NCBI GenBank assembly: GCA_964406665.1 | Contig: CAYOSQ010000001.1 | Location: 71,412 to 135,411 of the forward strand | DNA from: an uncultured Planctomycetia bacterium | GTDB lineage: Bacteria > Omnitrophota > Gorgyraeia > VGKH01 > JBHPFN01 | Reading direction: 5' to 3' | Length of the DNA: 64,000 bases | In this document: piece after piece, positions 1-8,421 of the stretch | Numbering within the stretch: the first letter of the stretch is position 1 | Layout: each line of letters begins with the position of its first letter | Notes under the pieces: model-generated | Database searches by the model: none | Seen by the model: the letters and a program-made list of their open reading frames with translations, nothing else | What the model was told of the DNA's origin: nothing | Position numbers and translations under genes: made by a program

Positions 1-125
1 CCTTCTCCCAATCTTTCAAAACCATCAGGGTCTTTATCCACCACAACAACATTGTGTCCCTCTGAAGAAAGAAGCTGAGCAAGCTCTGAACCTACTCTTC
101 CGCATCCGATAATAACAATATACAT
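1..125 (-). CDS. trkA: TrkA/KtrA-family K+ uptake NAD-binding subunit (N-terminal part, runs off the window)
   Basis: Hand translation MYIVIIGCGRVGSELAQLLSSEGHNVVVVDKD: RCK_N Rossmann GxGxxG; RBS GAGGA upstream. Confidence 0.8.
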   Translation of the reverse strand, partial: MYIVIIGCGRVGSELAQLLSSEGHNVVVVDKDPDGFERLGE

Positions 126-175
126 ATTTATCCTCTTCGTCTTAATACACAAAACGCTTTAAGACGTTGGTTAAG

Positions 176-529
176 TTAAGCTGATTTTTTAACTAGTTCA
201 ACTATTTTCTTAAGCGCCTTAGGGTCTGATGTCGCTATTTCTGAAAGCATCTTCCTATCCAGCTCTATCTTAGCGTCCTTCAAACCTTTGATAAACCTGC
301 TATAGGTTAAACCGGCTGCCCGACATGCCGCATTGATGCGCACAATCCAAAGTCTGCGGAAAACTCTCTTTTTTACTTTGCGATCGCGGTATGCATAAAC
401 CATGCTATGCATAATTGATTCTTTAGCATGTCTATAGCGTTTACTTCTATCGCCAAATTGTCCCTTGGCTTTTTTCAGGACTCTTTTTTTTCTTTTGCGA
501 CTTGCTACTGAATGTTTTACTCGAGCCAT
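176..529 (-). CDS. rplT: 50S ribosomal protein L20
   Basis: MARVK...[12 protein letters not shown]...[10 protein letters not shown]; follows rpmI. Confidence 0.98.
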   Translation of the reverse strand: MARVKHSVASRKRKKRVLKKAKGQFGDRSKRYRHAKESIMHSMVYAYRDRKVKKRVFRRLWIVRINAACRAAGLTYSRFIKGLKDAKIELDRKMLSEIATSDPKALKKIVELVKKSA

Positions 530-594
530 AAAATTACATCCTCCTTGTTTTTCTCTATAAAACTTCTCGTGTGCTTATCTCATATGATACCGCG

Positions 595-810
595 TTAACC
601 GTACGGCAACAACTTTTTTATTGCTGATTTCTGATTAGCGCTGACAAGATTTGATTTTCTCAATCTACGTTTTCTTTTTGATGTTTTTTTAGATAAGATA
701 TGGCTCTTATTTGCACGTGCGCGCTTAAGCTTACCTTTTTTTGTTAGCCTAATCCGCTTAGCCACACCTTTTTTTGTTTTTAACTTCATTTTTTTTGTTT
801 TTAACTTCAT
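595..810 (-). CDS. rpmI: 50S ribosomal protein L35 (N-terminal heptapeptide duplicated)
   Basis: KLKTKKGVAKR...HILSKKTSKRKRRLR...LLPY; infC-rpmI-rplT order. Confidence 0.96.
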   Translation of the reverse strand: MKLKTKKMKLKTKKGVAKRIRLTKKGKLKRARANKSHILSKKTSKRKRRLRKSNLVSANQKSAIKKLLPYG

Positions 811-895
811 GCTTATCCCTTTCTAAAAGCAAAACTTCTCTCTAGAGTTTCCATAAATCCTAAAGAGCCTATCTATATTTTACGCCAAGCCTATG

Positions 896-1408
896 CTATG
901 TACTCTTAGGAGCGAACGTAACGCTCATAATCCGTCCTTGCATAGACGGGCCTTTTTCAATCTGACAAATTTCAGCACAATCTTCGATGAACCTGTTTAA
1001 AATTTTTACCCCCAGGTCTTTATGCGCCATTTCCCTGCCACGGAAAAACAGATTAACCTTAACTTTATCTCTCTTGCTAACGAAATTATGAAGCTTTTTG
1101 AGCTTCACTTGATAATCATGTTCTTCAATGTGTGGTTTAACTCTGATTTCTTTTAGATGTGTAACCTTAGAATGTTTTTTGACCTCACGTTCCTTTTTTT
1201 CCTGGTCATACTTATACTTACTAAAATCCAGGACACGGCAAACCGGAGGCTGCGCTTGCGGAGCAACCTCAACCAAATCCAAACCACTTTTCTCGGCAAT
1301 TTCTATCCCTTTAGAAGTAGGGACAACTCCCAGCTGTTCACTGTCGGGGCCGATCAACCTGATTTCCCTAACACGTATTCGCTGGTTTACTCTAATATAC
1401 TTCTGAAT
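896..1408 (-). CDS. infC: Translation initiation factor IF-3; probable ATT start
   Basis: RVNQRIRVREIRLIG, DLVEVAP, FRGRE motifs. The GGAGG RBS overlaps the GTG at 1417, while the in-frame ATT at 1408 is properly spaced; ATT is the typical autoregulatory infC start. Confidence 0.95.
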   Translation of the reverse strand: MQKYIRVNQRIRVREIRLIGPDSEQLGVVPTSKGIEIAEKSGLDLVEVAPQAQPPVCRVLDFSKYKYDQEKKEREVKKHSKVTHLKEIRVKPHIEEHDYQVKLKKLHNFVSKRDKVKVNLFFRGREMAHKDLGVKILNRFIEDCAEICQIEKGPSMQGRIMSVTFAPKST

Positions 1409-1431
1409 TGTTACCACCTCCTACTTTTTAC

Positions 1432-3153
1432 TTACTGTCTATTTTTTTCCTTAACATCTTCTGCCACATGCTCGATAAACTTCTGCGCGCTCATACTGCC
1501 TAAATCACCCAAAGCTTTACTACGTATGCTGAATGATTTTTGTTGTATTTCTTTATCGCCAATCACAACAACGTAAGGGATTTTTTCCAACTCTGCCTCG
1601 CGGATCTTCTTTCCTAAAGATTCTTGTCGCGAATCCACAACAGCGCGCAGAGAACTTTGCTGTAATTGTACCAATAACTCTTTCGCGTATGCTAAATGAG
1701 TATCCTTGATAGGCAATATCTTTACCTGTGTCGGCGATAACCAAACCGGCAAAGCGCCGGCATAATGCTCTATGAGTGCGCCCATAAAACGCTCCAGACT
1801 ACCTAATATAACTCGGTGCAGCATAATAGGTCTGCGCTCTTTGCCGTCAGAAGCAACGTAGTTTAAATTAAACCTTTCAGGCAAAGCAAAATCACACTGT
1901 ATAGTAGCACACTGCCACTCTCGCCCCAAAGCATCCTTGAGTTTAATGTCGATCTTAGGACCATAAAAGGCCCCGTCACCTTCATTTATCTTATAGGATA
2001 ATTCCTTTTCTTGCAAGGAATCTTCAAGCGCAGTAGTTGCTTTATCCCAATCTTCCAAAGTGCCGATAAATTTATCAGGGCGAGTGCTTATTTCAATACC
2101 CACATCCTCAAAACCAAAATCTTTCATAGCAGCAAAGACGAAATCGACAACCCCTTTAATCTCTTCTTTAACCTGCTCGGGCGTACAAAATATATGAGCG
2201 TCATCCTGTGTGAAGCCGCGCACACGTAAAAGACCATGTAACACACCGCTTTTTTCATGACGATAAACCGTACCAAGTTCGAAATAGCGAATTGGTAAAT
2301 CCCGGTAAGAACAAATCTTGGATTGATAAATAATAATGTGGCCCGGACAATTCATAGGCTTGATGGCAAATTCTTGGCTATCAACATCAAACGTATACAT
2401 GTTCTCTTTATAATAATCATAGTGTCCGCTTTTCTGCCAAAGCTGCCCACGCATAATATTAGGAGTAATTACCATTTCATAGCCACGCTTTAGATGTTCT
2501 TCTTTTTCATAATCCTCGATTATCTTACGCAACATTGCCCCTTTAGGATGATACAACACAAGGCCCGCCCCCACATCCTCATAAAAATTAAAAAACCCTA
2601 GTTGTGGTCCGAGTTTACGATGGTCGCGTTTTTTAGCCTCTTCCAAAAGCTTAAGATGATGTTTTAATTCTTTTTCTGTATTAAAAGCTGTGCCATATAT
2701 TCTCTGCAACATAGGATTGGTTTCAATCCCATGCCAGTACGCGCCAGCAATAGATAAAAGTTTAAAGGCCTTTATCTTACCTGTTGATTCTACGTGAGGG
2801 CCTTTGCATAAGTCCACAAATTTATCCCCAGTTTTATAAATAGTAATGGTGTTGCCTTCTAAATTGTTAATTAACTCTAACTTATAATCCTCTTTTAATT
2901 TCTTAAATAACTTAACAGCTGTGGATTTATCAATTTCTTCTTTTATCAAGGGAAGATCGGCTGCGATTATTTTTTTCATACTGTTTTCGATTTTTTCCAG
3001 ATCATCCGGAGTAAAAGGTTCTTTTTTATCAAAATCATAGTAAAATCCGTCGGAAATAGATGGCCCGATGGCTATCTTGGTTTCCGGCCACAACTCTTTA
3101 ACTGCCTGAGCCATTATATGTGAACAGCTATGTCTTAAGACTTCTAAATTCAT
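1432..3153 (-). CDS. thrS: Threonyl-tRNA synthetase (no N-terminal TGS domain)
   Basis: RHSCSH, DLCKGPH, KPMNCPGH, GLLRVRGFTQDDAH, GAFYGPKID. Confidence 0.98.
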   Translation of the reverse strand: MNLEVLRHSCSHIMAQAVKELWPETKIAIGPSISDGFYYDFDKKEPFTPDDLEKIENSMKKIIAADLPLIKEEIDKSTAVKLFKKLKEDYKLELINNLEGNTITIYKTGDKFVDLCKGPHVESTGKIKAFKLLSIAGAYWHGIETNPMLQRIYGTAFNTEKELKHHLKLLEEAKKRDHRKLGPQLGFFNFYEDVGAGLVLYHPKGAMLRKIIEDYEKEEHLKRGYEMVITPNIMRGQLWQKSGHYDYYKENMYTFDVDSQEFAIKPMNCPGHIIIYQSKICSYRDLPIRYFELGTVYRHEKSGVLHGLLRVRGFTQDDAHIFCTPEQVKEEIKGVVDFVFAAMKDFGFEDVGIEISTRPDKFIGTLEDWDKATTALEDSLQEKELSYKINEGDGAFYGPKIDIKLKDALGREWQCATIQCDFALPERFNLNYVASDGKERRPIMLHRVILGSLERFMGALIEHYAGALPVWLSPTQVKILPIKDTHLAYAKELLVQLQQSSLRAVVDSRQESLGKKIREAELEKIPYVVVIGDKEIQQKSFSIRSKALGDLGSMSAQKFIEHVAEDVKEKNRQ

Positions 3154-3173
3154 AATGTGTACAATCTTCCTTG

Positions 3174-3228
3174 GCCCCTCAGCTCAGTTCGATTTAGAGC
3201 CTCGGGATGGATTTTGCGAAGCAAAATC
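3174..3228 (-). repeat. tRNA-trailer two-hairpin motif, copy A (after tRNA-Val GAC)
   Basis: GATTTTGC-TTC-GCAAAATC then CCC-GA-GGCTC...GAGCT-GA-GGG. Confidence 0.7.
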
Positions 3229-3231
3229 ACA

Positions 3232-3306
3232 TGGGCCCAAGAGGACTCGAACCTCTGACCTCCACGATGTCAACGTGGCGCTCTAACCAGGCTGAGCTAT
3301 GAGCCC
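3232..3306 (-). tRNA. tRNA-Val(GAC)
   Basis: Cloverleaf GGGCTCA...TGGGCCCA; anticodon arm CCACG-TTGACAT-CGTGG; T-loop GGTTCGAGTCC. Confidence 0.95.
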
Positions 3307-3319
3307 GACAATTATTCAA

Positions 3320-3402
3320 TGGGCAAGGTGGGAGTCGAACCCACACGGCCTTGCGGCCAAAGGATTTTAAGTCCTTCGTGTATGCCATTCCACCACTTGC
3401 CC
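3320..3402 (-). tRNA. tRNA-Leu(TAA)
   Basis: GGGCAAG acceptor stem; AAGGA-CTTAAAA-TCCTT; long variable arm GGCCGCAAGGCC. Confidence 0.95.
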
Positions 3403-3416
3403 AACAAAACAATTTT

Positions 3417-3477
3417 GCCCCTCGCGCTCTATTCTTTACCTATAAGTGCTCGGGACCAGATTTTGCTCTGCAAAATC
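3417..3477 (-). repeat. tRNA-trailer two-hairpin motif, copy B (after tRNA-Cys)
   Basis: GATTTTGC-AGA-GCAAAATC then GTCCC-GA-GCACT...AGCGC-GA-GGGGC. Confidence 0.7.
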
Positions 3478-3552
3478 TGGAGGCGCGGACCGGACTCGAA
3501 CCGGTGAATAATGGTTTTGCAGACCACCGCCTTACCGCTTGGCTACCGCGCC
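3478..3552 (-). tRNA. tRNA-Cys(GCA)
   Basis: GGCGCGG acceptor stem; GTGGT-CTGCAAA-ACCAT; ends TCCA. Confidence 0.95.
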
Positions 3553-3606
3553 ATTTGCTAACTCAACAAAGAACAATACTTTACACCAACCGCGCTAAAT
3601 AATCAA

Positions 3607-4155
3607 CTATTTTTTTAGTATGCGCTTAGTTTCTTTTATAATATCATCTACGTCAGCCAAGCGACCAATACCAACTCTGCCATCAGCAAGCTTGCCTTTA
3701 GCAGGACCTACGAAACGGTAGCCTATAGATTCGAGTAAGGCAATATTATCCTGCACAATTACATTTTTGTACATGCCATCATTCATTGCCGGTGCGATTA
3801 ACACAGGTTTATTAGTTGCCATGACTGTGCAAGTCAACAGATCATCTGCGATACCAGAAGCAATCTTGCCAATTATATTTGCTGTTGCCGGAGCTATTAA
3901 AAATAAATTGGCCCTTTTAGCTAAAGAAATATGCTCAGCATCATATTCATCAGATAACTCATCAAATAACCCGCGATACACGCGGTTTCTTGAAATAGTC
4001 TGAAAAGTAAGTGGAGTAATAAATTCTTCCGCGTCCTTTGTCATGATTACGGTTGTACTATACCCAGCTGCTTTGAGACCACGAATTATGTCGCAACTTT
4101 TATAAGCTGCTATGCTACCGGTTACTCCGATTATAATTTCTTTCTGCATTGCCAA
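3607..4155 (-). CDS. coaC: Phosphopantothenoylcysteine decarboxylase (stand-alone CoaC flavoprotein domain)
   Basis: GVTGSIAAYK, APATAN, APAMN motifs; no CoaB half. Confidence 0.88.
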   Translation of the reverse strand: MAMQKEIIIGVTGSIAAYKSCDIIRGLKAAGYSTTVIMTKDAEEFITPLTFQTISRNRVYRGLFDELSDEYDAEHISLAKRANLFLIAPATANIIGKIASGIADDLLTCTVMATNKPVLIAPAMNDGMYKNVIVQDNIALLESIGYRFVGPAKGKLADGRVGIGRLADVDDIIKETKRILKK

Positions 4156-4162
4156 AATTCAC

Positions 4163-4468
<306 letters not shown>

Positions 4469-4500
4469 TCTTCCTCCTGTTTCAAATCAATAATACTCAT

Positions 4501-5100
4501 TTATTTTTTGTAGCTCTCTGCTAACACTATTGCTGCCAATGCTTTAGAGGCTACAGCCAACCTATCGTTTACAATTATATAATCATATTTCTTGGCAAAT
4601 CCCATCTCCCAGCAAGCCTTGTTCAGCCTAAATTGCAGGCGCTTGGCCGTTTCTGTAGAACGGCCGCCCAGTCTTTTTTTCAAAACTTGCATAGAGGGAG
4701 GCATTATAAAAATTGTAACTGCTTTCTTAAATACCTTTTTAATACTCATCGCACCTTTAACGTCAATACACAAAAGAATGCTTTTACCTTTTTTTAAAAC
4801 ATCCTTTACATTTTTTTTTGGCGTACCGTAGTATGCGCCGAATACTTCTTCCCACTCTAAAAGTTGACCAAGCTTTTTCATTTTCATGAATTTCTTCTGC
4901 GTTAAAAATTTATAATCGGCACTAGCAGATTCGCCCTTGCGCCTAGCTCTTGTAGTAACAGATATCGACCTAACTAAGCTATCTTTGATCTCTTTGTGCG
5001 AGAGGAGCTTTTTACATAATGTTGTCTTGCCGCTTCCTGATGGACCTGAGACAATGAAAACCTTCGGCTGAATATTTTTTGCAAAAATCTTACTCGACAT
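4501..5100 (-). CDS. gmk: Guanylate kinase
   Basis: SGPSGSGKTT, SVTTRARR, YYGTP. Confidence 0.96.
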   Translation of the reverse strand: MSSKIFAKNIQPKVFIVSGPSGSGKTTLCKKLLSHKEIKDSLVRSISVTTRARRKGESASADYKFLTQKKFMKMKKLGQLLEWEEVFGAYYGTPKKNVKDVLKKGKSILLCIDVKGAMSIKKVFKKAVTIFIMPPSMQVLKKRLGGRSTETAKRLQFRLNKACWEMGFAKKYDYIIVNDRLAVASKALAAIVLAESYKK

Positions 5101-5908
5101 TCTGCAACTGCTCCCTCATTTTCTCAACTAGACTTTTCATGGTTATAACAAAATAAGATATTTTGCTATCAGGCAATTTTGCACCGATGGTATTAATTTC
5201 TCTTTGCATCTCTTGAGCAATAAAATCTAGCTCTTTGCCAACAGCGCGCTTCTTTTTTTGTTGCAATCGAAAATTTTTAATATGGAAATTTAATCTTTCA
5301 ATCTCTTCATTAATATCAACGCTTTTTAAAAACATAGAGCAATCTTCGGGAGATAGCAGCTTACTCTTTTTTCTAATTACATTCTTTGCTTGCTTACTCA
5401 TCATCTGCAAAGAGCTATCTAAGCCCATAACATGCTTCCTAAGATCTGCCTCTATGCTGTCGCCTTCGGCCTCTCGCATATGAATTAGATTATCTAACGC
5501 CATATCAAGCGTCTTCTTAATTAACGGCCACATCTGTTGCAATTGCAGACTCTGTTCGTTAACATTCAGAACTCCTTGCAGGCCAAAGAGATGCGATAAA
5601 CCAAGATCGTCTTTTAGCTTAAGCTTCTTCCCTAAGCCCCTTAAAGCCTTTACATAATTCGCAGCTAACTTGTCGTTCAAAACTATTTTTTGCGCTTTCA
5701 TAGGAACAAAGCTAAAAGAAAGATTAATCCTTCCGCGAGAAATATTTCTTTGTAATTCTTTTCTAATCCTGTCATCCAACAAATTAAATCCGTTGGGCAA
5801 ATGAAGAACAGCGTCAAAAAAACGATGATTAAGGCTGCGTATTTCCACCGCAAGTTTTCCTAAGGGCGACTGCAAGCTTGCTTGTCCAAATCCTGTCATG
5901 CTTCTCAT
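5090..5908 (-). CDS. yicC: YicC/YloC-family endoribonuclease
   Basis: MRSMTGFG, RSLNHRF, GKELDFIAQEMQREINTIGAK, REQLQNVE. Confidence 0.95.
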   Translation of the reverse strand: MRSMTGFGQASLQSPLGKLAVEIRSLNHRFFDAVLHLPNGFNLLDDRIRKELQRNISRGRINLSFSFVPMKAQKIVLNDKLAANYVKALRGLGKKLKLKDDLGLSHLFGLQGVLNVNEQSLQLQQMWPLIKKTLDMALDNLIHMREAEGDSIEADLRKHVMGLDSSLQMMSKQAKNVIRKKSKLLSPEDCSMFLKSVDINEEIERLNFHIKNFRLQQKKKRAVGKELDFIAQEMQREINTIGAKLPDSKISYFVITMKSLVEKMREQLQNVE

Positions 5909-5985
5909 AATAGTCCTTCTTTTAAAAGAAAAAAATTATATAACAAAAAACTAATTTCAAAATTGTTCGGGCAAATCCAATAATT

Positions 5986-6489
5986 CTAAGCCCAAACCAA
6001 CTTTCTACGAACCTTCTCTGCTGAGTTTTTAGCAGGGTATGATTCCACGATAATTTCGCTTGGCTCAAACCAAAGCTTGATCTCTCGCTCAGCCTCTTCA
6101 AGAGACGAAGAAACATGTATTACGTTTTCATAAATACCAAGCGTGGTAATCCTACCAAACGAACCTCTGATAGATGTTGAATCAGCCTCTTCCGGATTTG
6201 TTTCACCAGCTAACTCTCGGCATTTTTTAATTGCATCAGTGCCGCAATAAACCAATGCCATAACCTTGCGTCTAGAATGTAACTCTCCACGTAAATATTT
6301 TATTAGTGCATTGAAAAAAGGCTCATTGCGCAAATGGCGATAATGCTCAATTGCCCGCTCTCTTGAAACCCGAGTTACTTTGGAAGCCACAATTTCAAGC
6401 TTGGTTTCAGACAGCCTGGTTAAAATATTCCCCGTAAGAGACTTTTTCAAACCATCTGGTTTAATTAAAATTAATGTAAATTGTTTCAT
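5986..6489 (-). CDS. ndk: Nucleoside diphosphate kinase
   Basis: TLILIKPDG, GETNP, SIRG, NVIHVS. Confidence 0.9.
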   Translation of the reverse strand: MKQFTLILIKPDGLKKSLTGNILTRLSETKLEIVASKVTRVSRERAIEHYRHLRNEPFFNALIKYLRGELHSRRKVMALVYCGTDAIKKCRELAGETNPEEADSTSIRGSFGRITTLGIYENVIHVSSSLEEAEREIKLWFEPSEIIVESYPAKNSAEKVRRKLVWA

Positions 6490-7337
6490 TTTCTAAACAC
6501 CTCTAGAATTCTATCCAGGTCCTCAAGTGAATAATAATCAATCATTATTTTCCCGCGTTTTTTTGAATGTTTAATCCGCACCTTGGTGCCAAGAAAATGT
6601 TGCAGCTCTTCTTCAAGAGCTGCAACATACGGATCTTTTTTGGAAGGAGCACCCTTCTTTTTTAATTTCTCTTTAGGTGTAGCTATTTTTACTAAACTCT
6701 CTAACTCTCTGACAGACAAAGACTTAGAGATTAAATCTCTAAACATCTGCAGTTGTTGTTCAATAGATTCTAATCCCAGCAAGCCTCTAGCATGGCCCAT
6801 GCTGATCCTACCTTTGGAAACAGCTTCCTGAATTTCCAAAGGAAGTTTTAATAAACGCAGAGTATTCGTAATCGATGTTCTGTCTTTGCCAACTGCCTGA
6901 GCAATGCGGTCCTGTGTAAAGCTGAATTCATCCATGAGCCTCTGAAAAGAATGTGCTTCCTCAATAGGATTCAACTCTTCTCTTTGGACATTCTCGATTA
7001 TTGACATTACCAAAACATCTTGCTCAGAAACAGAGCGAACAATCGCAGGAATGGTTTCCATGCCCAAGGATTTTGCTGCGCGCAACCTGCGTTCACCAGC
7101 AATTAATTCGTAACCGCTTTCTGATTTTCTAACTAGAATCGGCTGCAGAACTCCCTGCTCTTTGATTGAAGCAACTAATTCTTTCAACCGCTCACCATCA
7201 AATTCTTCTCTAGGCTGATAGCGGCTAGGTTGCACTCGAGTTGTTTCTACATAAAGAATATTAGCTCTTTCTTCTTTGGGAACATCATCAGGAATGAGCG
7301 CTGTCAATCCCTTTCCCAATGCTCTCTTCTTGTCCAT
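6486..7337 (-). CDS. parB: Chromosome partitioning protein ParB
   Basis: LGKGL, QPR, GERRLRAA, ENVQREELNPIEEA, HTH. Confidence 0.96.
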   Translation of the reverse strand: MDKKRALGKGLTALIPDDVPKEERANILYVETTRVQPSRYQPREEFDGERLKELVASIKEQGVLQPILVRKSESGYELIAGERRLRAAKSLGMETIPAIVRSVSEQDVLVMSIIENVQREELNPIEEAHSFQRLMDEFSFTQDRIAQAVGKDRTSITNTLRLLKLPLEIQEAVSKGRISMGHARGLLGLESIEQQLQMFRDLISKSLSVRELESLVKIATPKEKLKKKGAPSKKDPYVAALEEELQHFLGTKVRIKHSKKRGKIMIDYYSLEDLDRILEVFRK

Positions 7338-8163
7338 TCTGACCTCCTGGCATATGCTCGGCCTCTAAGGGTTCTGACGCCACTACTGAATTGTCATCGT
7401 TAAGCGGCAGGCCTAAAATTTCGTTTGCTAAATTTTGATATCTTTTTGCTCCGATGGAAGACTTATCATAAATACTGATCGGCTTACCAAACCCCGGGGC
7501 TTCACTAAGACGAATGTTGCGCGGAATAACCGTTTGATAAACCTTGTCTTTAAAGAATGATCTAATTTCTGCAATGACGTCGTTTGTTAAGTTGGTGCGA
7601 TAATCAGCCATGGTCAAAACAACGCCTTCAATAATTAGCTTAGGATTTAAACGATCTTTTACCAAATTAATAGTTTTGAGAATAAGCGATACACCCTCAA
7701 GTGCGTAATACTCGCATTGAATTGGAACAATTACAGAATCAGCTGCCACTAAAGCATTTATAGTAATAAGACCCAGCGATGGCGGACAATCGATAAAAAC
7801 ATACTCAAAATCTCCCCTAATTGACTCTAAGCAAGACTGTAATCTGAATTCTCTATTTTCAGCGCTAATTAACTCAATTTCTATTGCGCTTAAATCTATA
7901 TTGGAAGGCACTGCTGAAAGATTGGAAATTGCGGAATTAACTATTGTATCACTTACTGATTTATCACCTAAAAGTGCGTGGTAAGCTGATTCTTTGATTT
8001 GGTTTTTATCTATGCCTATCCCGCTTGTAGCATTGCCCTGCGGGTCTATGTCTACCAATAGCACTTTCTTGCCTGAAAGCGCCAAAGCTGTGGATAGACT
8101 AACGGCTGTAGTGGTCTTACCTGTTCCGCCTTTTTGATTACAAATGGCAATAATTTTAGCCAT
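7288..8163 (-). CDS. parA: Chromosome partitioning ATPase ParA/Soj
   Basis: NQKGGTGKTTT, DIDPQGNAT, DCPPSLG, QCEYYALEG. Confidence 0.97.
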   Translation of the reverse strand: MAKIIAICNQKGGTGKTTTAVSLSTALALSGKKVLLVDIDPQGNATSGIGIDKNQIKESAYHALLGDKSVSDTIVNSAISNLSAVPSNIDLSAIEIELISAENREFRLQSCLESIRGDFEYVFIDCPPSLGLITINALVAADSVIVPIQCEYYALEGVSLILKTINLVKDRLNPKLIIEGVVLTMADYRTNLTNDVIAEIRSFFKDKVYQTVIPRNIRLSEAPGFGKPISIYDKSSIGAKRYQNLANEILGLPLNDDNSVVASEPLEAEHMPGGQNGQEESIGKGIDSAHS

Positions 8164-8177
8164 CGCGTCCTATTGTA

Positions 8178-8193
8178 TGTTCCACGTGGAACG
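8178..8193. promoter_or_regulatory. parS centromere-like site
   Basis: TGTTCCACGTGGAACG palindrome fits the parS consensus; immediately upstream of parA. Confidence 0.85.
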
Positions 8194-8229
8194 TTACTAA
8201 ATTATATTGTATTTATAATTAAGAAAAAA

Positions 8230-8421
8230 TCAAGTGTTTTTTTCGTTTTTAAGCTGAACAGAGATCTTAGCCGGCTTAGCGCCTTTCATGCCAAAAAGCC
8301 CTTTTTGCTCCTCGGAAAGCACTTTAACCACAATTTCTTCTCTGGAAACCTTAAGTTCAGCTAGTGCCTTCTGAATGGCTTCTTCTACATTTGAGCCTTC
8401 AAATTCTAAAGGTTTATCCAT
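8230..8421 (-). CDS. Jag N-terminal domain-only protein (truncated KhpB/EloR)
   Basis: EFEGSNVEEAIQKALAEL...KGLFGM.GAKPAKI; canonical position after yidC; no KH or R3H domain. Confidence 0.8.
   Translation of the reverse strand: MDKPLEFEGSNVEEAIQKALAELKVSREEIVVKVLSEEQKGLFGMKGAKPAKISVQLKNEKNT

Noticed and set aside
3154-3231. Possible T-box leader for thrS
   Set aside because: Too short, with no T-box sequence or terminator; the GA/GA stem here recurs after other tRNAs
3227-3602. Short ORFs 3227-3412, 3319-3507 and 3351-3602
   Set aside because: They overlap three clear tRNA genes and are shadow ORFs
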